Below, in pieces: positions 1 through 11,606 of a stretch of DNA of 64,000 nucleotides; position 1 is the first letter of the stretch; each line of letters starts with the position of its first letter. The translations under genes and the position numbers were made by a program. This DNA comes from Takakia lepidozioides (Eukaryota; Plantae; Bryophyta). The notes below the pieces were generated by a model. It saw only the letters and a list, made by a program, of their open reading frames with translations. It did not search any database and was not told the DNA's origin. The stretch is from assembly GCA_030704615.1 (NCBI GenBank), contig CM060733.1, forward strand, positions 7,378,001 to 7,442,000. Reading direction: 5' to 3'.

Positions 1-208
1 TGCAAGACATCTTGCCCATTGCAGTATGTGGGACATTGACTCCCGAGGTTTGCGAGACAATCTACAGATTGGGAGGCTTGTTCCGGTGGATTTGCTCCAA
101 AGAGTTGGAGGAAGCGGATTTTCCACGCATGAAGAAGGAGTTAGCAGAGGTAATGTGTATGTTGGAGATGAACCTTCATCCCTCCTTCTTTGACATCCAA
201 GTGCACTT
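1..208 (+). pseudogene. CACTA/En-Spm transposase fragment (DUF4218-like region), cut by a younger CACTA insertion
   Basis: Translation LPIAVCGTL...IYRLGGLFRWICSKE...EVMCMLEMNLHPSFFDIQVH matches the conserved TnpD segment (LC.LE..FPPSFFD.M.H). The frame runs into CACTACAAG at 209. Confidence 0.8.
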
Positions 209-3200
209 CACTACAAGAAAAATTGGCTTTTACGACTCTGTCTTATGACTGCAAATGCAGTTATGAAAGCCATTTACGATTCCCTGACTCTGAAGAAGTA
301 GAAGCCGAGTTAGTTGTGACATGGTAGTCGTGGCTGCCATTGAGTCGTAAGTGACAGTCGCCAGGCTTTGTGTGACATGGTGCCTGAGCAGCGCGTTCAT
401 GGTCATACACGCTGGCTTTACTGAATGACTGAACGGACAGTGTAGTCCATGTCATCGGTTGTGCAAGAGTGACATGTGCTCGATATAGAAAATGACACGT
501 GGCAGAGTGTTCGCTCTCCATGACTGGAACTATGACTACGGGCGTGCTAATTCGGTTGCAGCACATGGCGCGTTGCAGTTTTTACACATGGTCCCTCAGG
601 AGATTGACATGTGTCATGATGGGTGTTTTATTATGTATTTCTACACATTTGTATTTTTGCCACGTGGTGCATTACTATTGGAGAGTGAAAATAGATTATT
701 ATGACTATGGTAGAAGTCATATATATATATATACATATATAATGAACAGGGACATAGGCCCTGGAAATTTTATTATATAAAGGGGGACGAGAAGTACATA
801 AGGAAAAAATAACCTCAATCCTGGTGCTATAGAGATCGACCTAGGAAGGCACTGCTTCAAGACTAGAGGCAAAACGCTGCAAGAGAGGTACTAAAAACTA
901 AGCAAGGAGAGAGCACTAAAGACTAAGAGCCAGGGCCAAGGAGGCAAGGGCAGGCTGCGCAATGCAACCCAACACAGAAGTGCCAGAAGAGGCATTGTGG
1001 ACTCCATCTCTTGACCCTCTTCCAGAAGCTATGGTCATGGTTGAGCTGCCTGATTTTATCAACTGTGCCGCTGTAGCTGCTGCCTTTAGTTGACTATCTA
1101 CCCATGCAGGTTTCTTGTAGCTATTGATCCACAAGGAATCATAGGTAATCTTGTGCTTGGAAATCTGGCCCTCTTGGATGAATCTGTGCCCACACTCTAC
1201 CCCTGCTCCTTCAACTATCCATGCCTCTGCACAAATCATGCATTCATCGTTGCCTTGCTGCTAGCATCTCACATAACAACCTAGATTTACTCTAGGAAAC
1301 ACCCAACTCAGCTTATCACACTAGTTCCTATGCTGAATTACGTCTGCTACTCTCTGTAATGCAACAGGCATTCACCTTTTTGCCTCGATTGTCCCACCAT
1401 TGACTGGGGTCAGAAAAATATTCATTCCACAGCTTCTCATCGTCTCTGGTACTTGTTTATGGATACTTTCCTGCTGTCACATTGGCAGTATCATGTCAAA
1501 GTCACTCCAAACTATTTAAGGTTCACTCAACCAGTTAACTTGCAGAATTCAACATGAAAATTTAGGGCCGATTCTGATAAGAGGGAAAAACAGGGTGAAA
1601 TGTGTTGAAGAAGGTGCCTTCATTAGCAATGCCTGGTTTTATCAATTGTGCCGATGCAACTGCGGCAAAACAGGCAGAGATTGAAACACGGCCTGCTAAG
1701 ACCAAGCTAACTCTCCCACCATAGATCCACCATGAGCTAACTTGCAGAATTCAACATAAAAATGTAGGGACAACTCTGATAGTAGGGAAAAATAGGGGGG
1801 GATGTCCGTACTTGTCAAAGTCACCCCAAACCTCCACAGATCCACCCAACGAGCTAACTTAAAAAATTCAACATGCATCTCAGGGCCGAGTCTAATGAGA
1901 GGGCAAAACAGGCTGAAATAGGTCGAAGAAGAAGGTGCCCTCACCACATTGTCCTTGACCTTGTGTCATGACCCATGGACAGATCTGGAGTGTGCCAAGC
2001 CTATCAAGCAAATAAACAGCAAGGGATATCTGACCTGCAAGGACCGACCCACAGCCACCAAGCTGCTGCTTGGACATATAGAAGGAAGGAAAGAAAGCAG
2101 TTGCAGATACTGCATAAAGAAGCCACACAAACCTTACAATAACCAGTACATTGAACATACCCAGATTGAGTGCCAAGGCTCCAAGGGAAAACAACAACTA
2201 ATGATAAAGAAAAATCAAAGGGCATTCGCTTTTTTGTCTCCATTGTCCCACGATTGACTGGGGTTGGTTCCTTCAACTGTCACTGCCTCTGCACAAGTCA
2301 TGCATACATCCTTGCCTTACTGCTAACAGTTGACAATGACAGCCTATATTTGTTGTATGAAACACCCAATTGAACTTCTCACACTAGTTCCTATGCTCAA
2401 TTGCATCTGCTACTCTCTGTAATCCAACAAGCATTCACCTTTTTGCCTCGATTGTCCCACCATTGACTGGGGTCAGAAAAGTATTCATTCCATAGCTTCT
2501 CCTCGTCTCTTCTACCTATTTCTGGATACTTTCCAGTTGTCATGTTGGCAGTATCATGTCAAAGTCACTCCAATATATCAAAGATCCACTCAACCAGCTA
2601 ACTTGCAGATTTCAACATGAAAATTTAGGGCCAAAAAACAGGGTGAAATTTATTGAACAAGGTACTTTGATTTGCAGTGTCTGATTTTATCAATTGTGCC
2701 GCTGCTTCTGCAGCTTCCAATTGACCATGTACCCATGTAGGACCTATGATGGACCTCTTGTGCCCTGGGAAGAAGCATGCTACAGTGGCTTACTTTTGTC
2801 CAGTCTACTCTAATCTTACTCTCATTTTTCATCTTCAAAACACAACAGCTTTGTTTGGAAACCAATTTTTGGGTGATCTCAAATTGAGTTGATAACAAAA
2901 ATAAATTGCAACACTTAATTTAAAGTTTCTATGAAAAAAGATATAAATGAAAGTAGACTAGTTTAGATTGGACAAAAATTTCGCAAAGTGAGCCACAGTA
3001 GCATACTTCTGCCCCCCTTTCCCAGAGCTGCCAGGCTCGCATTGGGCATACATGTCCACCTGGGCATGTGACATCTGGTACAATTCCAGCTTTGACATTG
3101 ACACCATGGGCCTCTGCTCCATTTTCCAGGGCTGCAAGGCTCGCATTTGGCATAGATGTCTTCCAGAGCAGAGTTTAGAATGACATCTGATACATTTCAG

Positions 3201-3450
3201 CTTTGACAATATCACCGTGGACCTGTGCGTCCATTCCACAACTGTCAGATTCACATTTGGCATACATACTTCCAAACACGACAAACATGACATATTGAGT
3301 CCCTTTTAGAAGCACGACGATCGATCCAATTCCCCCCAGCCCTACTTCACGCAGCTGGTCCCAGCCTCCACCAGCCCCAAGCCGCGATCCCACCTGGCCC
3401 CACTCTCACCAAGCCCCAACCTTTTGTGGTCACTGTTCCTATAAGTATAC
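209..3450. mobile_element. Non-autonomous CACTA element; 5' TIR and subterminal region clear, right end not located
   Basis: Starts CACTACAAGAAAA at 209, followed by (AT)GACT/AGTCAT subterminal motifs. 209-715 is homologous to 62302-62800. Internal ~500-bp modules (about 1080-1660 and 2210-2720, partial copies 1730-1950) recur at 63450-64000 and inverted at 53080-53540. The end coordinate is approximate. Confidence 0.65.
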
Positions 3451-3552
3451 TCCTGCAGCAGCCACACTCACTAGTGAGTTGCTTTTCAACCCACCGACAA
3501 TAGTAGAACTATCTAGAAAGTAGAACTCTCTAGAAAGTCAACTAGTGAACTA

Positions 3553-4907
3553 GGGGAGATGGCTATACCAACTCTGGCCCGCGAGTAGGGGGTTTAACGG
3601 GGTCCGAGTTTTTGGTGATGGCACGGGTCCGGATCCGGATAGGTAATCCGGATCCTAACCACGGTTTTTTTAGGGATTTTGAAAACGGATAGGAGTGGCT
3701 ATACATATTGGGTGTAGGGTAGTGGTCCACTCTAGGTAATTTTCCTCGAATTGGTAGGCTACATGTATTTCTACCCTTGCCATATTTTGCGAATCAAATG
3801 GATATTGATGAGCAATAGAAGGTGAGGTACAGAAATAGTTGGAAGCCGTATAGTTCTCGCAAGATTGGCGACGAGCATCTCCTTGAGAAACGGAGGAGGC
3901 CCCACAATCCTAAACCCACTCTTCATCTGGCCCGTCAGATCATCCGACATGGGGCCCGCCATGGCTACATTTGTGCTGCCCCCGTGGGTCCACAGACGAG
4001 GACCTTTTTGAGACCCCCAATTTTTGGCGAAAACTGCCTTATTTGGACCTCTTTTTCCCTTTGTTTCATTCGCCAAGGGGATTTTCAGGCGGCCAAATGG
4101 CGAAAAATCGCCAATAAAAAAAACGCTGACCCTAACCCGCCGGGTACCCGGGGTGAAAATCCGGACCCCGCACAACACTGTCGTCGATGTCGTCAATGAT
4201 CATCCTGAAATCATGATTATGAAAAAATTGAGTGTGTTGACGCACTCAGTTCTCGGGGGGGGGGGGGGGGGGGGGGGGGGGGTTTCCCCCCCCACAACCC
4301 GTCGGGTACTCGGGGTGAAAATCCGGACCCGCACCTGTCGTCGATGATCATCCTGAAATCATGATCACGAAGAAATTAAGTGCGTTGACGCACTCAGTTC
4401 TCCCGGGGGGGGGGAGGAGGGGGAACAATTTTGTTTTTGTTTTTTTCCCCTCCCCTCCCCTCCCCTCCCAAACGCAGAACTGAGTGTGTCAACGCACTCA
4501 ATTTCTTCATGATCATGAATTCACGATGATCGTCGACGACATCTACCCAAATGCCCCAGGGGGGGGGGGGGGGGGAAATAATAATAATAATAAAATAAAT
4601 CTCATCCGCCTAATGCCCGCTTAATTCCCAGCCCTGTTTCCCTCCACAAACATGGCAGTTCGCTAAGGGTTAGGGTTAGGGTTAGAGGTTCCGATTTGCA
4701 GTGTTTCCCCGGTTAACCGTGTTTCTGCGATAATGAAGTCAGCTTAATTCCCAGTATGTTTTCCTTCACGAACATGGCAGTACGTTAAGGGTTAGGTTTA
4801 GGGTTTGCCATGTCTGCCGATTTGCCGTGTTTGCCGTGTTTGCCGATTTGCCGTGTTTCCGCGATAATGGGTGCTCATCCGCGGAAATACACCCTGCATC
4901 TTCCCCC
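3553..4907. repeat. Structured non-coding repeat element (probable non-autonomous DNA transposon) with poly-G tracts, a direct/inverted ~75-bp unit and short TTAGGG arrays
   Basis: Unit GTCGTCGATG..ATCATCCTGAAATCATGA..GTTGACGCACTCAGTTCT occurs at ~4180 and ~4337 and inverted at ~4477-4540. G28 run at 4255-4282; (TTAGGG)n-like at ~4666-4690 and ~4786-4806. Ends GGGGAGATG / CATCTTCCCCC are weakly inverted; no TSD seen. Confidence 0.45.
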
Positions 4908-5279
4908 ATTTTCGTGCCACGTGGACTGGGCTCACGTCAGGCTCTTGGGCTCACAGGCTCCTGGACTCGCGTGGCTAGGCTCACATTCTAGCATCCCCCC
5001 ACCATCTCCTCAGGGCCAAGAAAGAGAGTTGAGATGCTTATTGTAAAAAATCTAGATGTCTTCAGCTTGGGGTCCACTGATTTAGGACGCACTCCCATCC
5101 TTCAACATGACATTGTTACAGAAGGACCTCCTATCAAACAATTTGCTTACCGAGAGAGTGTCAAAGAACGTGCTATAGTCCAAGAGGAAGTCCAGAAAAT
5201 GCTTGATGCTAGTGTGATTAAGCCATCAGTTTCTCCTTGGTCTAGTCCTATTGTCCTGGTTGGAAAGAAAGATGGCACC

Positions 5280-5911
5280 TGTCACGGACATAGCCCGGAA
5301 GAACTTACCAGGAGTAAATACCAGAAGTTACCAAGTTACCATGACTTACCGTGATTTACATGATCTACCATGATTTACCATTACTTACCAAGTTACCGGG
5401 AGTTTACCAAATTACCAAGAGTAATTTGGGAAACTACTCAGGAAGCTTCCTTTGGAGGAAACTTCTCCATCAAGATACCTCATTTGTTTAAGGAAGCTTC
5501 TTCATCAAGAAACCTTTGTTTAATCTTGGAAACGTCTCCAACAAGAAACCTCCATAGGAGAAGCTTCTTGGGGAAGCTTCTTAATACCCAGTATATATAG
5601 GAGGCGAGACTGGACACTCTTCAGTCTCGCTAACACCAATTCAAGCTACTCTTGTTTCCAGTTTCAAGTACTCCAGTCCAGTTCCCAGTACTCTAGCCCA
5701 GTTTCCAGTATCTGGTACTCCAGTTCAGTTTCCAGCATTCTAGTATTCAAGTCGTGTTCCAATATCTTGTACTTTTGTTCATTGTTATAAAGATCGTCTT
5801 GATTCCTATTTACTCATCGTGCATTCGGCCACGCCGACCTTGACTTCTTGTCTAGCCTTGTACCTCTAGTTTTATCTCTTGTTGTGTTCAGTCATGTTTT
5901 CGTCTTTGACA
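5280..5911 (+). repeat. 5' LTR of chromovirus B
   Basis: TG...CA termini; direct repeat of 11064-11606 with indels; TATA-like TATATATA at 5592-5599. Confidence 0.92.
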
Positions 5912-5949
5912 GTTTGGCGAGACTAAAGTTTGTTCTTTAGTTAGTTAAG

Positions 5950-8900
5950 ATGGAAGGCACATTTGCGGAAATGGTCACCACATTGCAGAGTCTTCAGCTC
6001 CAGATGCAAGAACTTCGTACATCTACCGCCCAATTGCAAACTGATCAGTCTCAAGATCTTGACAACGCTCTCCACAATTTGCAACAACAAATTTCAGAGT
6101 TAAAAGAGTTGAACAATGGATCTTCAACCATACGAGTCCATACTGCAACAGCTCATACTGCAACGGTTCCTCTTCAACAGATTAAGAGAGAACCAAAGAT
6201 CAGCATGCCCGAGAAATTTGATGGGACGAGATCAAGATTTCGCGGTTTTGTTCAACAAGTACGACTGTTCCTACGACTACATCCACAACGCTACCCCGAT
6301 GAAGGTATTCAAGTGGGATTCGTGGGCACCATTCTATCAGGCACTGCCCTATCTTGGTTTGCACCGCGAAAAAAATTCGCATTTACTATATAATTTTGAA
6401 GCATTTATGTCGAAGTTCATTGCAACGTTTGGAGAAAATGATAGAGAGAGAGTTGCAGAAACAAAGATGCGAAATCTTCGACAAGGAGCACGTCATGCTT
6501 CCGTTTATGCTGCCGATTTTCGACAACTTGTGTGCGACCTCAACTGGAATGAGAAGAGCCTCATTAGTCAGTTTTCGTGATGTGACTAAAAGATGATATA
6601 AAAGATTTGTTACTGATAATGCCAAACGTGAGCACAATGAGTGAATACATCATCCAAGTCATTGCATGCGATAATCGTTTGTTGAAAAGACATCAAGAGA
6701 AGCGATCTGGATGGTCGACGACGCATCATGTCACTGCTACTACGACACCAAATACAATGATCCATCAGACATCCAGTAGTGATCCTATGTAGATTGATGC
6801 TGTCCGATTCACGCCATTGATGCCACAAGAAAAACAAAGACGGCGCTCGAATGAATTACGCCTCTATTGCGGAGAAGAAGATCACATATCATTAAACTGC
6901 CCCAACAAAAGAAGATTCAAAGCTTGGGGCACAACTCAAGTGTTCGATACAAGGAGGTCAGAAAACGAAGATGTCCAGTCACAGTAGGGACCATGCGGCT
7001 GGACACCACAAATTCCTTACCGAAAAAAAGTCTTTTTCTACCTCCAGACCCTGCACCTTGCTCACATTTCCGGTAAAAATCAGAGTGCAAAATCGAGATA
7101 TCACTGTAGAAGCACTTTTGGACTCTGGAGCTTCAACTTGTTTTATGGACAAAAACTTTGCGAAGCACCACAATTTAATGCTCGTAAAGAAGAAACTCTC
7201 GGCCCCCGTTGAAGTCATCGATGGAACGTTAGCATCAGGAAATGTGGACTATGAAACTCGACCACTTGAAGTGAAGCTTAAAGATCAACCATCACATATT
7301 GTTTTCAATGTCATCCAGTCTCCAACGAATCCTGTGATATTTGGACTTCCTTAGTTCGTACTTCATAATCCCGGCATCGACTGACGATCGCGAAAAATTT
7401 CTGCAAGACAAAAATGTAGAAATATCAAAGTATTCAACCCCTATTCCTTGGAGCTAGAGCTTTCATGAGAGCTACCAAAAAGGAGGCGACATTTTCACTT
7501 TATGCGACTCCGATCAAGACCACAACAGACAAAGGTATTTCAACATTACCCCGCTCATATCTAGATTTCAAAGATGTCTTCGAGAAGAAAAATCAGACAT
7601 GTTGCCAGAACATCGATCTTATGACTGTGGCATTGAGTTACAAGAAGGAGCCCAACCACCATTCGGCCCAATCTATAACTTATCCCAGACGGAGTTGGCT
7701 GCATTACGTGAATACATTGATGAAAATTTGTCGAAGCACTTCATCCGACATTCAAAATCACCCGCGAGGGCGCCTATCTTGTTTGTGAAAAAGAAGGACG
7801 GATCATTACGCATGTATGTCGACTATCGCGGTCTCACACAGTCACAATCAAGAATCGTTATCCATTGCCGCTGATTTCTGGGCTTTCGACCGCCAGCTGG
7901 GACGAGCAAAGATTTTTACCAAAATCGCTTGAGAGGAGCCTATAACCTTGTACGGATAAAAAAGGAGACAAATGGAAACATTTTTTCGAACAAGGTATGG
8001 ACATTTTGAATACAGTGTTATGCCTTTTGGTCTTACCAATGCCTAAACATTTTTCAACATATGATGAATGACATCTTTCGAGAATTTTTAGATGATTTTG
8101 TAGTCATCTATTTGGACGACATTTTGATATTTTCACATAATGAAGAAGAACATGGCCGCCATGTACGCCTTATCCTTGATAAATTAAGAGAAAGATGACA
8201 ATATGCCAAGTTGGAGAAATGTCTTTTCCATCAATCTGAGGTCGAATTTCTGGGCTACATTATTTCCGACAAAAACGTCTTTATGGATCAGAAGAAAATA
8301 GAAACCATCATCGAGTGGATTAAACCACCTTCGGTCCGTGATGTACAATGTTTTCTGGGCTTTGCAAATTTCTATCGAATCTTCATCAATCACTACTCCA
8401 AAATTGCTGCACCATTAACACGACTCACAGGGAATGACAAATTTGTATGGGACGTGAAGACTGACCAGGCATTTGAAAAGCTGAAGCAGACATTTACAAC
8501 GGCTCCAATACTGGTACATGCAGACCCATCTAAACCATTCTTCTTAGAAGCAGATGCATCATACTTTGCACTTGGCGCGGTATTCTCTCAATACGGTACA
8601 GATGGCCGACTCCACCCTATTGGTTTTCGTTCTCGCAAATTTTCCGCTGCGGAGATCAATTATGAAATCCATGACAAAGAACTTCTAGCGATTATCGATG
8701 CTTTTGAGGAGTGTCGATATCTATTGGAGGGAGCTAAACATCAGGTCATTGTCTATACCGATCACAAAAACCTCGAATATTTTATGAGTGCTCGTGTTTT
8801 GAATCGACATCAAGCGAGATGAAGTATGTCACTAGCAAGGTTTGATTTTGTTATTACCTACCGTCCCGGACATCTTCAAGGAAAACCAGATGCTCTTTCT

Positions 8901-10445
8901 CGACGATCGTATCTTGCGCCAAAAGAAGGGGATACAATTTTTGACCAACAAAAATCCATTATCTTGAAACCAGCAAATCTCCAATTGAATATGCTATCCA
9001 TGTCCACCTATGACGATGCAGAGATCATAAAAGAGATTCAGGAAGCACTAAAGAGCGACCATTTTGCTACGACACTACGAAGTCAACTAAATCAACCTCG
9101 AGACAACCCACATATTACAAACGACTTCGAATTCAAAGATGGCTTACTTTACTTCAAGGAACTTCTCTATGTACCTCCAGGACCTATACGACTTCGAATT
9201 CTTCAAACATGTCATGATCTTTCGGCTTCAACAAAACATTGGAGTTGATATCCAAGGACTATTGGTGGCCGCAGATGTGGAAACTCGTGAAAGAATTCAT
9301 AAAATCTTGTGACACGTGTGCTAGAGCGAAAGGGACCATGACATCGACCTTATGGCTTTCTTCAACCATTACCCATTCCCGAGGGTCCATGGTCATCCGT
9401 GTCTATGGACTTTATTACGGACCTTCCAATTTCCAAGACCACCGATCAATCTTTGTTATTGTAGATCGTTTTACGAAGATGACACATTTATTTCATGTAA
9501 TAAGACGGTTAACCGGCGAGGAAACTGCAAGACTCTTCCTCAATACTATCTACCGCATTCATGGACTCCCGAAGGATATCGTATCTGATCGAGGACCACA
9601 GTTCATATCAAATTTCTGGAGGGGATTATTTCACATATTGGATACTAAGATCAACCTCTCTACAGCTTATCATCCACAGACTGATGGTCAAACCGACGTG
9701 TAAACCCAGATTTTGGAGCAGTATCTTCGCTGTACGATAAATTATCACCAAGATAATTGGATGGACCTTCTGTCATTGGCTGAGTTTGCCTACAACAACA
9801 CTATACATTCTTCGACCAAACAAACTCCATTTTTCTCCAATTATGGTCATCATCCTCGAGCAAACCTTTTCCACATGAAGACTGTTGGAAGCCCTGCTGC
9901 AGAAAACCTTGCTGCTCATCTTGCTACGATTCACAAGGAGCTTACATCCCACCTCGCAGAAGCTCAAAAACAATACAAAGAGTATGCAGATCAACGTCGC
10001 CAACCAACCCCAGCTCCAGGTCGGAGATCGTGTGTGGTTTCTTCGACGAGACATACAAACCTCGCGACCATCAAGGAAGTTGGATTATCAACGTCTGGGA
10101 CCATTCAAAATTATTCGACAAATAAATCCGGTCAGTTTTCGGCTTGAACTCCCACGAAGTATGCGTATCCATCCAGTCTTTCATGTTTCATTATTGGAGT
10201 TGTATCACCCATCGAATATTCCAGGGAGAGTCTCCGTACCACCTCCACCAGTCGAAGTCAATCAGGAAATTGAGTTTGAAGTCGACGAAGTCTTAGACTC
10301 TTGCATCAAGTATAAACGTCTTGAGTATTTCGTACATTGGAAAGGCTACGACATCAGCGAACGAACGTGAGAACCTTCATCCAACCTCGCCAATGCATCT
10401 GACAAAGTCCAAGAGTTTCATCAACGATATCCAGCTAAGCCCTGA
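5950..10445 (+). pseudogene. gag-pol of chromovirus B, disrupted by stops and frameshifts
   Basis: Chain of ORF fragments 5950-6393, 6971-7354, 7599-7874, 8211-8822, 8826-9248, 9239-9703, 9713-10370 in the order gag, PR, RT, RH, INT, chromodomain. Confidence 0.9.
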
Positions 10446-10606
10446 GCTACACGTCAATAAGACGTCACAACGATGATGTCAGCCAAGTTAGCTTCAAGGT
10501 GATGACTCCACATTCAATGTACCTGATACACACTAAGGAAGGATGAGCACCACACATCAGTATATATAGCTACACTTCCAGCACTCTTGCATCTTATATT
10601 TGCAGT

Positions 10607-11008
10607 ATGAAGTCACAGGAACCAGATATATTGGAGTTGTCGCTTACCCAGCTACCAGATCAGCCATTCCGACTCTCACGACCTTCAACATCACGTCGAC
10701 GCTCTCGAGACGATGGGCCACCAATGCGACGCGTACTTCCTCGTCTGAACCCCGTACGACGACAAGTGGAGCCTACTCGAAGTCTGATAATTCTGTTGGA
10801 GATTGAGGCTTCGGACCCAGAGGGCAACGAAATCATGTTTGAAGGCAGTTTTGAAAATCAGTATGCTCGAATCACTGCGTGGTCCCAAGTTCAAGGTGTT
10901 GGACACTATCGATGGTTGCAGGGACCTATAAATCATTTGAGTCAAGAACGAAGAGCCGAATACTTGGCAAGTACCATTCGCCGGATTTTGGATTTTCTCC
11001 AACTTTAA
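10607..11008 (+). CDS. Extra 3' ORF (133 aa, unknown function) between the chromodomain and PPT of chromovirus B
   Basis: Open frame from ATG to TAA. The homologous frame is present in copy C (about 41749-42150, minus), with several synonymous differences. Confidence 0.5.
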   Translation: MKSQEPDILELSLTQLPDQPFRLSRPSTSRRRSRDDGPPMRRVLPRLNPVRRQVEPTRSLIILLEIEASDPEGNEIMFEGSFENQYARITAWSQVQGVGHYRWLQGPINHLSQERRAEYLASTIRRILDFLQL

Positions 11009-11063
11009 GCAAGTCCAAGATTTTACTGCTCTTCGAGGAACTCGGCGCTAGAGGAGGGGGTGA

Positions 11064-11606
11064 TGTCACGGACATAGCTCAGAAAAACTTACCAGGAGTA
11101 AATACCAGAAGTTACCAAGTTACCATGTTACCGGAAGTTACCACGACTTACCGTGATTTACCATGATCTACCATGATTTACCATTACTTACTAAGTTACC
11201 GGGAGTTTACCCAATTACCAAGAGTAACTTGGGAAACTACTCAGGAAGCTTCCTTTGGAGGAAACTTCTCCATCAAGATACCTCCTTTGTTGAAGGAAGC
11301 TTCTCCATCAAGAAACCTTTGTTTAATCTTGGAAACTTCTCCAGCAAGAAACCTCCTTCTTGGGGAAGCTTCTTAGTACCCAGTATATATCGGAGGCGAG
11401 ACTGGACACTCTTCAGTCTCGCCAACATAAGTTCAAGCTACTCTTGTTTCCAGTTTCTAGTACTCCAGTCTAGTTTCCAGCATTTCAGTATTCAAGTCGT
11501 GTTTCAACTCATCGTGCATTCGGCCACGCCAACCTTGACTTCTTGTCTAGCCTTGTACCTCTAGTTTTATCTCTTGTTGTGTTCAGTCATGTTCTCGTCC
11601 TTGACA
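11064..11606 (+). repeat. 3' LTR of chromovirus B
   Basis: Follows the PPT; TGTCACGG...TTGACA; direct repeat of 5280-5911. Confidence 0.92.

Larger units (their letters stand above)
5280..11606 (+). mobile_element. Full-length but mutated Tcn1-like chromovirus B (LTR-gag-PR-RT-RH-INT-chromodomain-extra ORF-PPT-LTR)
   Basis: LTRs 5280-5911 and 11064-11606 (TGTCA...TGACA); PPT AGAGGAGGGGGTGA at 11050-11063; flanks GCACC/CCACC. Gag EPKISMPEKFDG with a CCHC remnant, protease [17 protein letters not shown], RNase H LEADAS, integrase IVSDRGPQF, chromodomain EFEVDEVLD..EYFVHWKGY..TWEP. Confidence 0.93.

Noticed and set aside
3469-3547. CACTAGT...ACTAGTG as the right end of the CACTA at 209
   Set aside because: It does not match the CACTACAAG TIR beyond 5 bp, and the expected CTT TSD and resumption of the transposase are absent.
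3771-4347. Overlapping 107-141-aa ORFs
   Set aside because: No recognisable domain; they lie in a repeat with homopolymer tracts.
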